Source of the DNA: Spirochaetia bacterium | Lineage (GTDB): Bacteria; Spirochaetota; Spirochaetia; UBA9216 | Direction of reading: 5' to 3' | DNA length: 64,000 bases | NCBI GenBank assembly: GCA_963677925.2 | Contig: CAXXYH010000003.1 | Coordinates: 2,112,001-2,176,000, forward strand | Part shown: piece after piece, positions 19,254 through 29,383 of the stretch | Layout of the letters: each line of letters starts with the position of its first letter | Numbering within the stretch: position 1 is the first letter of the stretch | The notes under the pieces: model-generated | What the model was told of the DNA's origin: nothing | Database searches by the model: none | The model's input: the letters and a program-made list of their open reading frames with translations, nothing else | Program-made: the position numbers and the translations under genes

Positions 19254-20060
19254 ATGAACAGCTCGGTATTATTCGCCTTCTCATTGACATTATTTGCAGG
19301 ACTTTCAACTGGTATAGGAAGTTTAATCGGTTTACTTTCAAAGAAATTTAATCCTAAAGTATTAACAATATCACTTGGATTTTCTGCGGGTGTTATGATT
19401 TATGTTTCAATGGTCGAAATATTTGTTAAAGCAAGAGATTCGCTGAGTACAACACTGGGAGATAAAAACGGATATATCTGGACAGTTGCAGCTTTCTTTA
19501 CCGGTATGTTTTTGATTGCACTGATCGATAAGGTAATTCCTTCCTATGAAAATCCGCACGAACTGAATGTTGCAAATAAAATTGAAAACTCATCTGAGAA
19601 GGAAAAGGCTAAACTGCTTCGAATGGGAGTTTTCTCAGCGCTGGCAATTGGCATACACAATTTTCCCGAAGGACTTGCGACCTTTATGAGCGGGCTGACC
19701 AACCCGACCCTGGGTATAAGCATTGCAGTGGCTATTGCGATTCATAATATTCCGGAAGGTCTTGCTGTATCAGCCCCGATATTTTTTGCAACAAAGAGCA
19801 GAAAAAAAGCGTTTGTACTTTCATTCTTATCCGGATTCGCTGAACCTGTAGGGGCTCTGCTCGGATACTTTGTTCTCAGGTCGGTTTTTACCGAGACAAC
19901 TTTCGGTGTGATTTTTGCAGCGGTTGCGGGTATTATGGTTTATATATCTCTGGACGAACTGCTGCCTACAGCCGAAGAATACGGCGAGCACCACCTTGCT
20001 ATCGGCGGACTGATATCAGGGATGATAGTCATGGCTGTCAGCCTTCTGCTGTTTGCCTGA
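19254..20060 (+). CDS. zupT: ZIP-family zinc transporter
   Basis: AGLSTGIG, IHNFPEGLATF, IHNIPEG, SLDELLP. Confidence 0.93.
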   Translation: MNSSVLFAFSLTLFAGLSTGIGSLIGLLSKKFNPKVLTISLGFSAGVMIYVSMVEIFVKARDSLSTTLGDKNGYIWTVAAFFTGMFLIALIDKVIPSYENPHELNVANKIENSSEKEKAKLLRMGVFSALAIGIHNFPEGLATFMSGLTNPTLGISIAVAIAIHNIPEGLAVSAPIFFATKSRKKAFVLSFLSGFAEPVGALLGYFVLRSVFTETTFGVIFAAVAGIMVYISLDELLPTAEEYGEHHLAIGGLISGMIVMAVSLLLFA

Positions 20061-20112
20061 GTTCTTAAAGTTTTCTGCATTATCAATTAATTGCTTTGCT
20101 TCCTAAAATATG

Positions 20113-20169
20113 TTGACAATCTTTTAAAACAGATCAATACTATGACTATAACTACTTTTTTGGTCATAG
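20113..20169 (+). promoter_or_regulatory. Promoter with TetR operator
   Basis: TTGACA at 20113; inverted repeat CTATGACTATAA...TTTTGGTCATAG at 20140-20169. Confidence 0.65.
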
Positions 20170-20178
20170 GGTCAGAGT

Positions 20179-20784
20179 ATGGGAAGAGCTTTTAACGAGA
20201 AAGAAAAAGAACAAATCAAACATCGGCTGCTGGATGCCGGGAGGGAACTGTTTACACAGTACGGGCTTAAAAAAACCAGTGTTGAAGAAATAACAAAGAA
20301 AGCAGGTATTTCGAAGGGAGCCTTTTACTCATTCTACAGTATGAAGGAGCTGCTGCTATGGGATATTTTCAACAGCTTCGAAGAAGCTTATCGTGAAAAT
20401 GTTATGCAGATGTTCACACAGGTTCCGCTGACCCGGAGAATACTGACTGAGTTTCTTTACCAGATGTACATAATTGTTGAAGAAGAGCCTCTGTTTAAGA
20501 AATTTCTCAACGGCTCCGATTATGCCGATTTACTACAAGTTTTACCTGAAGAGACTGTGGCTGAACACCTTGAAGGTGACTCGGATTTCAGTATCAGCCT
20601 TATACAGGGATTAAAAAATGCAGGTGTTTCACTCCCTTCTGATATAGAAACAACCGCCGCCATGATCAGATCAATGTTTTTTATCTCGCTGCATAAAGCT
20701 GAAATCGGTGATGGATATGACGAGGGAGTCAGACTGCTCTGCGAACTGACTGCTGCAGGATTCGGATTTCAGGAGGACAAATAA
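20179..20784 (+). CDS. TetR/AcrR-family regulator
   Basis: ELFTQYGLKKTSVEEITKKAGISKGAFYSFY. Confidence 0.92.
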   Translation: MGRAFNEKEKEQIKHRLLDAGRELFTQYGLKKTSVEEITKKAGISKGAFYSFYSMKELLLWDIFNSFEEAYRENVMQMFTQVPLTRRILTEFLYQMYIIVEEEPLFKKFLNGSDYADLLQVLPEETVAEHLEGDSDFSISLIQGLKNAGVSLPSDIETTAAMIRSMFFISLHKAEIGDGYDEGVRLLCELTAAGFGFQEDK

Positions 20785-21638
20785 TGATCATGGTAAGAAA
20801 TTTGAGCTACAGGTATCCGGGCAGCGCCGTGAATGCAATTGACGGTATCAGTTTCAATGTAAAGGAAGGGGAAATCTTCGGATTCCTCGGACCTAACGGT
20901 GCCGGAAAATCCACGACCCAGAAAATACTTATTGGCCTGCTGAAAGGCTATAATGGAGAAGCGGAAGTCAGCGGAAGGGGAATTAATAAGATTAAAGAAG
21001 ACTACTACGAAAGAATCGGAGTAGCATTTGAGTTTCCGAATCTTTACAGCCGATTCACGGGAATCGAAAACCTTCAGTTCTTTCAGTCGCTTTACCGTGG
21101 TTCGGGGATTTCACCGGAGAAGCTTCTGAAGCAGGTTGGTCTTGAAAAAGATGCTCATCTAAAAACCGGAAGTTATTCAAAGGGAATGAAAATGCGTCTG
21201 AACTTTGCCCGTGCATTAATAAACAATCCTTCACTGCTCTTCCTTGATGAACCGACATCGGGCCTCGATCCGGTGAACTCAAAAATAATGAAGGATATGA
21301 TACTGAAACAGAAAGCAGAGGGTAAAACTGTTTTCCTTACTACTCACAACATGTCTGCCGCAGATGAGCTATGTGACCGTGTAGCTTTTATTGTGGACGG
21401 CAGGATCAGCCTGATAGACAGCCCCAGGAACCTCAGGCTGTCACAGGGACAGCGTTCAGTACGCGTTGAATCAAATATTAATGGGGACACGGTGATCAGG
21501 GAATTTCCGCTCAGTGGCATAGGAGAGAACAATGCTTTTATTAATTTCCTTCGTTCGGGAAATCCGGAAACCATTCATTCCGCCGAAGCAAGTCTGGAAG
21601 ATATCTTTATAAAAACAACCGGGAGCCGACTGCTATGA
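20784..21638 (+). CDS. ABC exporter ATP-binding protein (Rv2688c-like)
   Basis: GPNGAGKST, YSKGMK, LDEPTSGLDP. Confidence 0.92.
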   Translation: MIMVRNLSYRYPGSAVNAIDGISFNVKEGEIFGFLGPNGAGKSTTQKILIGLLKGYNGEAEVSGRGINKIKEDYYERIGVAFEFPNLYSRFTGIENLQFFQSLYRGSGISPEKLLKQVGLEKDAHLKTGSYSKGMKMRLNFARALINNPSLLFLDEPTSGLDPVNSKIMKDMILKQKAEGKTVFLTTHNMSAADELCDRVAFIVDGRISLIDSPRNLRLSQGQRSVRVESNINGDTVIREFPLSGIGENNAFINFLRSGNPETIHSAEASLEDIFIKTTGSRLL

Positions 21639-22354
21639 GACTTGCAGGAATGCTTAAACAGGATTTCAGATTTCAGTTTCGTCACGGCTTTTATTACATT
21701 TACGCAGCAGTTACTCTTGTATACAGTATTATTCTGCGACTCATTCCGGAGGCATTCAGGCCCCGGATCGCTGCGGATTTAATATTCAGCGACACTGCAG
21801 TTTTAGGCTTCTTCTTTATCGGCGGAATAGTCCTGCTTGAAAGAAGCGAGCAGCTGCTTGAATCATTATTCATCAGCCCGCTTCGTATCCACGAATACAT
21901 ACTTTCTAAAATTATCAGTCTGGGTACTCTGGCTTTTAGCTGCAGTGTGATTTTACTTATTGTATCGGAACTAAGAGATGCCGGGCTTATCATGATTATT
22001 TTAACAGGAACTCTATTATCATCTGCTATCTTTACTGCAATGGGGGTTGTAATATCTGCAAAAGCAAAAACGGTTAACCAGTATTTCCTTTTTTCAATAG
22101 GCTTCATGATTCTATTTCTCCCTGCTGTTATTGATATAACAGGAATTTTCAGATCTCGCCTTTTTTATATTTTCCCGATTAGAGGGATTGCTGACCTACT
22201 GCTGAAGGCAAACAGCAGTGAAGACGTCTCAACCCTGGTGCCCGCATATATATCAATGCTTGCGTGGTCTGCAGTTTCTTTCTATGCGGCAGGAAAAACT
22301 CTTAAATCATCTGTAAAAAAAAGAGGAGGCAGCGAATCATGGATAAAACTCTAA
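21635..22354 (+). CDS. ABC-2 type permease (Rv2687c-like)
   Basis: DFRFQFRHGFY, LGFFFIGGIVLLER, SPLRIHEYILSK. Confidence 0.82.
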   Translation: MRLAGMLKQDFRFQFRHGFYYIYAAVTLVYSIILRLIPEAFRPRIAADLIFSDTAVLGFFFIGGIVLLERSEQLLESLFISPLRIHEYILSKIISLGTLAFSCSVILLIVSELRDAGLIMIILTGTLLSSAIFTAMGVVISAKAKTVNQYFLFSIGFMILFLPAVIDITGIFRSRLFYIFPIRGIADLLLKANSSEDVSTLVPAYISMLAWSAVSFYAAGKTLKSSVKKRGGSESWIKL

Positions 22355-23076
22355 CGAGGTACAGGTTTTTCCGTACAGGACTGAGCGGAACAAAAACAAT
22401 CTTTCGGGATCCAATGCTGATTCTGATTTTTGCAGCCCCCATCCTGCTTGCAGCAGTTACTTACTGCGCTATTCCTGCAGGTGCAGACTTACTTATGAAA
22501 TATACTGCATTCGATTTAAGTTTATACTATCCGCTGATCACGGCATTCTTTGCAACAGTCCCTACCCTGATGTATGGAATGCTCACCGGGTTTACCATTC
22601 TGGATGAAAAGGACGAAAATATTCTAATACAAATTTCGCTTACACCCTTCGGATTAAAACGACATTATTTTGTCAGAACAGGCATATTCAGTATTTTCGC
22701 CTTTATATTTGCTGTATTTTTTCTCAGGTTTAATCCGCTTTACAGCATTGGAATTATTAGAACTGCAGCAATTTCAGTATGCCTGAGCATCGAAGGTGCA
22801 GCAGCCGGTTTATTTATAGCTGCTGCAGCTAAAAACAAGGTAGAAGGCCTGACAATGGGTAAGGCCCTGGGTATATTCATGCTTGCCCCGGCCATCCCGT
22901 TTTTCGTACCGCCCCCCTTCCATTATTTCGCGGCAGCTGTGCCCAACTACTGGATTGGCATGCTCGTTTTCAGTTCATGCAATTCTGCACTCATTGTTAC
23001 CTGTTCCTTATTAGTCCATTCAGCAGTTTTATTTGCGGTATGGAAAAAAGCCCTGCTTAATATTGCAAAGGGCTAA
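22339..23076 (+). CDS. ABC-2 type permease (Rv2686c-like)
   Basis: RDPML, ILDEKDE, TP, NKVEGL, PNYW. Confidence 0.82.
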   Translation: MDKTLTRYRFFRTGLSGTKTIFRDPMLILIFAAPILLAAVTYCAIPAGADLLMKYTAFDLSLYYPLITAFFATVPTLMYGMLTGFTILDEKDENILIQISLTPFGLKRHYFVRTGIFSIFAFIFAVFFLRFNPLYSIGIIRTAAISVCLSIEGAAAGLFIAAAAKNKVEGLTMGKALGIFMLAPAIPFFVPPPFHYFAAAVPNYWIGMLVFSSCNSALIVTCSLLVHSAVLFAVWKKALLNIAKG

Positions 23077-23086
23077 TTCAGAATTT

Positions 23087-23842
23087 TTATTTTTTTACAA
23101 ATATTAATGAAGAAACAATATCAGCGGCAGTAGTCAGATTTGAAATATCGGGATAAAGATTTCCGCTGCTTCCATCCGCAGAACCATGGCCGGCTAACTC
23201 AAATATAACTTCACCGCCCTGTTCTAATGAAGCTGAATCTAACACAGCCCGGTAAATCACTGAAGGCTGGCCGCTTCCCATTTCACCGCCGCTGTAGCTT
23301 GAATCACCTTCAGCAGCATCTTCAGGATAAAAATCATTGAAATCCACAGAATGATTAAACTCGGCATAAATTACAAACCGGTCTATTCCAGACCGTAAAC
23401 TTGCCGGAAGAACTGAGCTGCCCTTCGGTGTTGCTGAGGTTAAAGCATCAGGAAGCGGATCGTCTTTAGTCGGAAGCAGAAGCCCGTCGCTGTAAACCTC
23501 TCCCCGGCTGTGCGACCAGAACGGCAGTGCCTCAATGCGTCTGTTGCCGCTGTTAAATACCCAGCCCTCGGTCGCAGCCTTTTTTGTGACATAAACAGTC
23601 CTCAGGTAATTGCCTGATTCATCCTCAATCCAGACCGCAAACTGAGGACTGTTTTTTGTTTTAAACCACAGAAATAAAGGAAAATCGTGAAGCCATGAAT
23701 CTCCAGCCGTAATTCTTATTTCTGCATCAGAACCGGTCTGCAGCTCAATAGTTTCCGTATTAGTGCCGGCGCATGAAAAGGCTAATAATACGACTGTAAT
23801 CAAAAAAAATATTTTATTCATTCTATTATTCTCCATGTTCAT
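23087..23842 (-). CDS. DUF2271-like lipoprotein
   Basis: Lipobox AFSC; PQFAVWIEDESGNYLRTVYVT, ALPFW, DALTSATP. Confidence 0.75.
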   Translation of the reverse strand: MNMENNRMNKIFFLITVVLLAFSCAGTNTETIELQTGSDAEIRITAGDSWLHDFPLFLWFKTKNSPQFAVWIEDESGNYLRTVYVTKKAATEGWVFNSGNRRIEALPFWSHSRGEVYSDGLLLPTKDDPLPDALTSATPKGSSVLPASLRSGIDRFVIYAEFNHSVDFNDFYPEDAAEGDSSYSGGEMGSGQPSVIYRAVLDSASLEQGGEVIFELAGHGSADGSSGNLYPDISNLTTAADIVSSLIFVKK

Positions 23843-23843
23843 T

Positions 23844-24479
23844 TTAATTCTCAGAAGACAGAAATATGTGATCAGAAAGTTCAGCTGCCGCAGAGGCGAT
23901 TCGATCCAATCCTTTTTTTGTCTGCAAATTTACTCCATTAAAAACAGGCACAGTGTCGGAAACTATACCAAGGTATGTGATGCCGGCAGTGATAACTGCA
24001 ATCAGCGCTTCAACATCCATTTCTGTTTGTAGATTCGTCTGCATAGCATGGGTCAGGGCAAGTCCATTTTTTTCAATTTCTTCAGATATTCTGGTGCCGA
24101 TGCTGCTTTTTTCCTGCAGCTGCCAGCGAAGAAGTTCTCTCATTACGGTATTTTCATGCAGCTCGAATATCTGTTTTCTGAATATTTCAAAAGTAAGCCT
24201 CCGCTTCTCTTCCAGGCCGAGGGTGCTTACATCATCGTAATTCAGATCTTTCGCGGTCTGCATCCAGTAGCTGTGCTCTTCTGCCCATACCCTCAACAGA
24301 CCTTCAAGATCTTCAAAATACCGGTAGATAAGAACCTTGGAGACCCCGGCCTCGCGGGATACTGAATTTATGCCCACAAAGTTAATTCCCTTTTTCTCTA
24401 CAATCCTGCTTACCGCATCAATAATTCTGTGCGCTGTCTGTGCTCTATCCCTTTCCATTTTTTTCCCAGTAATACACAT
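23844..24479 (-). CDS. TetR/AcrR-family regulator (start may be 24458)
   Basis: GINSVSREAGVSKVLIYRYF. Confidence 0.9.
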   Translation of the reverse strand: MCITGKKMERDRAQTAHRIIDAVSRIVEKKGINFVGINSVSREAGVSKVLIYRYFEDLEGLLRVWAEEHSYWMQTAKDLNYDDVSTLGLEEKRRLTFEIFRKQIFELHENTVMRELLRWQLQEKSSIGTRISEEIEKNGLALTHAMQTNLQTEMDVEALIAVITAGITYLGIVSDTVPVFNGVNLQTKKGLDRIASAAAELSDHIFLSSEN

Positions 24480-24486
24480 ATTAATT

Positions 24487-24529
24487 TAACCCATTGGTTA
24501 TATAAATATGTTACCTCATGGTTACATAT
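24487..24529. promoter_or_regulatory. Two tandem TetR operators TAACC-N4-GGTTA
   Basis: TAACC-CATT-GGTTA at 24487-24500 and ATATGTTACC-TCAT-GGTTACATAT at 24506-24529. Confidence 0.7.
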
Positions 24530-24534
24530 ATTTC

Positions 24535-24573
24535 AAAAAAAATCCTCATCCGGCGCTTCATCCCGGATGAGGA
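24535..24573 (-). terminator. Rho-independent terminator of the sugar ABC operon
   Basis: TCCTCATCCGG-N9-CCGGATGAGGA; A8 on the left gives a U-tract on the minus strand. Confidence 0.8.
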
Positions 24574-24625
24574 AAAATAAAAAGGAGGAGAAATTCAGAT
24601 GGTCAGAATTTTACCGGACCTGATA

Positions 24626-25621
24626 TTATTCAGTTCTTTCCTTATCAAGTGCTTTCTGCAGAAGAACAGCACCAAGGATTAATATTCCCTTTATAAGATC
24701 GTTTACAAAGGCCGGCACCTGGAATGCTGAAAGGATTGCATCGATAGCATACAGAATTACAGCACCGAAAAATGACCCCTGTATACGGCCGCGGCCGCCT
24801 GCCATTGAGGTACCGCCTATCGCAACAGCTGCAATAACATCCAGTTCAAATCCCTTTCCTGCAGTCGCAACATCGACAGAGCCGAAACGCGTAATGTAGA
24901 GAAAACCGGCTATACCGGTCAAAATCCCGGTAATGGTGAATATTGATACCTTTACAAGTTTAACATTAATACCTGTTAATCTGGCTGCTCTTTCATTAGA
25001 TCCGATAGCATACACATATCGACCGAATTTGGTTTTAGTCATCAGAAACCATACAGCAACTGTGATCAGTATAAAAATTATTACCAGGTAGGGTATCGGC
25101 CCGAGCTTTCCGTAGCCGATAGGCCGGAGAATATCGAAGTAGGTATCATTGTTTACAATCTGAGGACCGCCGTCGCCGAACTGGATTGTGATTGATCGAT
25201 AGCCTACAAGAGTAGCCAGCGTGACAATAAATGCTGCTACATTGGCTATTCCGACAAAAAGTCCGTTAAACAGTCCCAGAAGAAGTCCCATTCCTACAGT
25301 TGTGGCCAATGTCAGGAAAATACTGCTTGTTGAATTGAAAACAACAACACCCATAGCAGCTGTAAGTCCGAGAATGGAGCCAACCGAAAGATCAATATTG
25401 CCGGATATAATCACAAGAGACATTCCAAGTGCGATTATTCCAATAAAAACCGAAGATTTCAGCAGGTTTATAAGGCTGGCAGCTGAAAGAAACTGATCAC
25501 TTGCGATTCGTCCAATTAATAAGAGTAGAATCAGCGACAGAATATAATTGTGGTCAATTACAAGTTTCTTCAATAATATTATAATTTTTTCTTTTCGTTC
25601 GTTCTTTATTACTGTATCCAT
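24626..25621 (-). CDS. Monosaccharide ABC transporter permease (RbsC family)
   Basis: GNIDLSVG, FGRYVYAIGSNERAARLTGI, ELDVIAAVAIGGTS. Confidence 0.92.
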   Translation of the reverse strand: MDTVIKNERKEKIIILLKKLVIDHNYILSLILLLLIGRIASDQFLSAASLINLLKSSVFIGIIALGMSLVIISGNIDLSVGSILGLTAAMGVVVFNSTSSIFLTLATTVGMGLLLGLFNGLFVGIANVAAFIVTLATLVGYRSITIQFGDGGPQIVNNDTYFDILRPIGYGKLGPIPYLVIIFILITVAVWFLMTKTKFGRYVYAIGSNERAARLTGINVKLVKVSIFTITGILTGIAGFLYITRFGSVDVATAGKGFELDVIAAVAIGGTSMAGGRGRIQGSFFGAVILYAIDAILSAFQVPAFVNDLIKGILILGAVLLQKALDKERTE

Positions 25622-25624
25622 TTC

Positions 25625-27124
25625 CTATCCCACCTTCCTGTTTGAGCCGGTTGCATAATACATAACATCAATTTCATTGAGTTCGCTGCGGGGAAGTTCC
25701 TTATTTATTTCCCCTTTATACATTACCAGACAACGGTCGGCAATTTTGTAGATTTCCGGGTATTCTGAACTGAAAACCAGAACACTTTTCCCCGCTTCAG
25801 CTAATTTTGTAATCAATTGGTATATTTCAAATTTCGCCCCGACATCAATTCCCTGGGTGGGGTTATCTAAAATATAGACATCAGAATCCAGACCGAACCA
25901 GCGGGAGAATATAACTTTCTGCTGGTTTCCTCCGCTTAAAGAAGTTATCAAATGCTCAGGATCTGCGGCTTTTATATTTGTGATTTTTTTACTGTCTTCA
26001 AATCGTTTCCGTTCTTCTTTATCGCTTATATAAATTTTATTATGCTTACTGGTAAAGAACGCCATCGAAAGATTATCCTTTATTGAAAGATCCTTTAAAA
26101 TTGATCTTTCCTTTCTGTTTCTGGGAACCATCGAGACCCCGGACTTCATCACTTTCAGGATGGAGGCCGACTGTATTTCCTTTCCATTGAGTAAAATCTT
26201 TCCGCCGGTAATCTTCCGGGCTCCGAAAAGGCATTCACTCAGCTCGCCTCTTCCGTCTCCGAAAAGTCCGGTCACTGCAACAATTTCACCCTTGTGGAGT
26301 GAGAAATTAATATTTTTAAAATGTTCTCCGCAGCTGAGATCCTGCACGTCCATGACTACAGTATCCTGATCTACAACATTAGTTTTTTCTACAACTTCAT
26401 CATTAAGACTTCTTCCGACAAGCATCTCGGTTGCCTGCTGTTCATTAATATCCGCAAAATTTCCGGTGGCAACAAATTTACCGTCTCTCATAACCGTGTA
26501 GCGATCACAAATCTCAAACAACTCTGGCATCTTATGTGAAATATAGATGCAGCTTATTCCCTCAGATTTGAGTCCGCGCATAATTTCGAAAAGGTTATTT
26601 ATTTCTTCGTTATTAAGAGCCGTAGTAGGCTCATCCATTATTATCAGTCTGCAGTCAAACAGAAGCGCTCTTGCAATTTCAACAAGCTGCTTTCTTGAAG
26701 TATCAAGATTCCGCAGATATTCGTTAGGATCTATATCAAGCTTCATCTTCTTTAGAATTACTTCAGATTTTTTTATCATCTCTTTCTTTTTCTGAATAAA
26801 TCCGGCATAGGTCAGCTCGTTATGCAGAAAAAGGTTTTCATAAACCTTAAGGTCATTAACAAGGTTTAATTCCTGATGAATAAATCTTATTCCGGCATGT
26901 GCAGATTTGACAGGAGTTAAATGTGAGTGGTCTTCTCCGTCAATCAGTATTTTTCCGGAATCCTGTCTGAGTATACCGCCCAGAACATTCATCAGTGTAG
27001 ACTTTCCGGCTCCGTTCTCGCCAAGGAGCCCGTGGATTTCCGAATCTCCTACTGTAAGAGAAACATCCTGAACTGCCTTAACAGCATCAAAACTTTTATA
27101 AATGTTTTTCATCTCTAAGTGCAT
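25625..27124 (-). CDS. Monosaccharide ABC transporter ATP-binding protein (RbsA family)
   Basis: GENGAGKST, DEPT, LSGGNQQK. Confidence 0.93.
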   Translation of the reverse strand: MHLEMKNIYKSFDAVKAVQDVSLTVGDSEIHGLLGENGAGKSTLMNVLGGILRQDSGKILIDGEDHSHLTPVKSAHAGIRFIHQELNLVNDLKVYENLFLHNELTYAGFIQKKKEMIKKSEVILKKMKLDIDPNEYLRNLDTSRKQLVEIARALLFDCRLIIMDEPTTALNNEEINNLFEIMRGLKSEGISCIYISHKMPELFEICDRYTVMRDGKFVATGNFADINEQQATEMLVGRSLNDEVVEKTNVVDQDTVVMDVQDLSCGEHFKNINFSLHKGEIVAVTGLFGDGRGELSECLFGARKITGGKILLNGKEIQSASILKVMKSGVSMVPRNRKERSILKDLSIKDNLSMAFFTSKHNKIYISDKEERKRFEDSKKITNIKAADPEHLITSLSGGNQQKVIFSRWFGLDSDVYILDNPTQGIDVGAKFEIYQLITKLAEAGKSVLVFSSEYPEIYKIADRCLVMYKGEINKELPRSELNEIDVMYYATGSNRKVG

Positions 27125-27143
27125 TGAAAATCCCTTCCTGAGA

Positions 27144-27175
27144 AAAATGGCCGGTAACTAAGCACCGGCCATTTT
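27144..27175 (-). terminator. Intra-operon stem-loop after the SBP gene (attenuator or mRNA stabiliser)
   Basis: AAAATGGCCGGT-N8-ACCGGCCATTTT perfect 12-bp stem. Confidence 0.7.
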
Positions 27176-27182
27176 ATTTAGT

Positions 27183-28190
27183 CTAATAAAAAGAATACCG
27201 CAGGGTGTAAACCGGGCCCTTCTTGAATTCTTTATAGTTACTGTTATCAACCATCTCTGTAGGAACAAGGTGCATACCTGAAACGTCTTTTCCGTCAAGA
27301 ACATCAATTCCAAGCTGGATAGCATCTACTACCATAGCAGGTGAGAATGAGAAAGTAACGATATCGATTCCAATCTCTTTGTAGTGGTCATAAACATCGA
27401 GAAGTTCTCTTGGGGCACTTACAGCTGAAACAAGCTTGATGTTCAGATCTGCATCACCGTCATAACCTTCAATTGCTGCAAGAAGGCCGAAAGCTACATC
27501 TGCATCATGGTTAAAAATTGCCCTGATACTTTCAACTTCTTCCTTGGTACTTGAACTGAGGAATGTTTCAAGCTGTGTCTGAGCTGTATCCTTGCTCCAG
27601 TTTGTAACATAGTCATTTACTCGTACAAAGTTGGGGCTGGCTGTTTTCCAGAATCCATCAGATCTCTGCTTGGGAACACTTGAGTTATCACCCTTGAACT
27701 CGAGCATGTTTACTTTGCCCTTTGCAAGTTCGTCTTTGAAGTATTCATTGAAATAAAGTCCTGAGTCTTCACCGATGGTGAAATTGTCACCCATAAGTTC
27801 TGCAGTTTCATCAAAATTTGAAATAAGTCTGTCATAGATAATCAGCGGAATTCCGGCATCTACAATAGTCTGTGCAGCAGCTTTAAGTTCATCACCGTTA
27901 TGGGGCCATAGAACTACAACATCAGCACCCTGTGCAACTACAGTGTCAATCTGGTTTGCCTGCTCAACTACATCATCAGATACAAGAAACACGTGCTCGT
28001 ATCCTGCAGCTTCTGCAAGACCCTTTGTTGCATGTTCAGCATGTTTGATACTTTCTCCCAGAAAACCATGGTCAGCGCTCGGCATAATAACGGCAATTTT
28101 TTTTGCACCGCTTTCCTTCTGCCCGCCTGCGAAAACTACGGCTGTTCCTGCTATAGCAAGAACCAGTAAGAACGCAATCAGTTTTTTCAT
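27183..28190 (-). CDS. Sugar ABC transporter substrate-binding protein
   Basis: Spirochaete-type signal VFAGGQKE; Peripla_BP_4-like (AGIPLIIYDR, GDNFTIG). Confidence 0.9.
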   Translation of the reverse strand: MKKLIAFLLVLAIAGTAVVFAGGQKESGAKKIAVIMPSADHGFLGESIKHAEHATKGLAEAAGYEHVFLVSDDVVEQANQIDTVVAQGADVVVLWPHNGDELKAAAQTIVDAGIPLIIYDRLISNFDETAELMGDNFTIGEDSGLYFNEYFKDELAKGKVNMLEFKGDNSSVPKQRSDGFWKTASPNFVRVNDYVTNWSKDTAQTQLETFLSSSTKEEVESIRAIFNHDADVAFGLLAAIEGYDGDADLNIKLVSAVSAPRELLDVYDHYKEIGIDIVTFSFSPAMVVDAIQLGIDVLDGKDVSGMHLVPTEMVDNSNYKEFKKGPVYTLRYSFY

Positions 28191-28247
28191 TTTTTCGCTC
28201 CTTTTCAGAATTCACTGAATTCTTTAATCTTTATTTATCCAGTCTTT

Positions 28248-29381
28248 TCAGGCTGTTAAATCCTTCATTGAAACCACAGGCAGATCCATCGCCTGCGGTA
28301 TTTCAAGTGCTTCGGGTCTGGTGCAACTGTAACCCTTGTCCGCAGTCAGCGGCCAGATCATCGGTTTCATAAATGACAGACAGGCAGAAAAGCCCTGTTC
28401 AATAGCTGCATCATTATCTGTGCCCTTTGAGTTGGCTCCTTCATTCTCAATAGAGAAAACTCCGTCATAGCCGCTCTGCATCAGATAGTCAGTAAAGGCC
28501 CGCCAGTCCATAGAATCTGAACCGCCGAATCCAGGAACCATCGGTTCATAGGAAAATCTGTCCCATTCATGAGCGGCCGAAGGGATTCCTGCGGCATCAG
28601 CAAGTTCTTTTGAGATCAGCTGCTTTCCATATACATGTCCCCAGTGAATTGCACCGGCGTCATTTTTCATTCTTGTAGTTTTAAGGTGTACAGCTTTGAG
28701 CCTGCTCATATCCATATTTTTTAAGACATCTACCGGATCAACAAACTGCCATACATCATGACTTGGGTCATAGGTTTCACCATGTGCTTTACTTGGAATG
28801 AGGCTGTACATAAGCTTTCTTGCAGCAAGGGTTGAACAGAGGTTGTTCATTGTCCCGTACTGACCGGCCGGTCTCCAGCCTTCCATAGGACAGTTTTCAT
28901 AAACAACTGTTACTCCAAGATCTTCAGCGTACTTGATTATCGGAGTAAAAATTCTTTTGTACTCCAGCAGGTTTTTTTCAAAAGAACCGTCTTCAAGATC
29001 CCATTCATGGTTGTAGCCCACAAAAGAACCGACGGTTACTCCATTGCTGTCACCGCCCAGCAGGGCTGCCATTCTTATGAGTTTTAAAAGATGATTCTGA
29101 TTATGAACTCTCTGAGCTTCATCTCCGCCTATGAGGTTCTCAAATGCGCCTATTGAAAAGCGGAGTCCGCTGATATTGAATAGTTCGAGTATTTTTTTTG
29201 CCTCATCAGAATTGAAGCCCTCATAGTCAAGATGTGTGGCTACGTGATCCTCGCGTGTGCCGTCCTTGCGGAAAACACAAAGCTCTAATCCCTGAAGCCC
29301 TATCCTAAGCGATGTTTCAATCAGCTGGGGAAGGCTTCGATCAGGAAAGGCAGAGCTCATCATCCAAACAGGATTATTCAT
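28248..29381 (-). CDS. Xylose-isomerase-like TIM-barrel (sugar isomerase/epimerase/dehydratase)
   Basis: Metal ligands YENCPME, YDPSH, VHLK, SIENE. Confidence 0.85.
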   Translation of the reverse strand: MNNPVWMMSSAFPDRSLPQLIETSLRIGLQGLELCVFRKDGTREDHVATHLDYEGFNSDEAKKILELFNISGLRFSIGAFENLIGGDEAQRVHNQNHLLKLIRMAALLGGDSNGVTVGSFVGYNHEWDLEDGSFEKNLLEYKRIFTPIIKYAEDLGVTVVYENCPMEGWRPAGQYGTMNNLCSTLAARKLMYSLIPSKAHGETYDPSHDVWQFVDPVDVLKNMDMSRLKAVHLKTTRMKNDAGAIHWGHVYGKQLISKELADAAGIPSAAHEWDRFSYEPMVPGFGGSDSMDWRAFTDYLMQSGYDGVFSIENEGANSKGTDNDAAIEQGFSACLSFMKPMIWPLTADKGYSCTRPEALEIPQAMDLPVVSMKDLTA

Positions 29382-29383
29382 TA

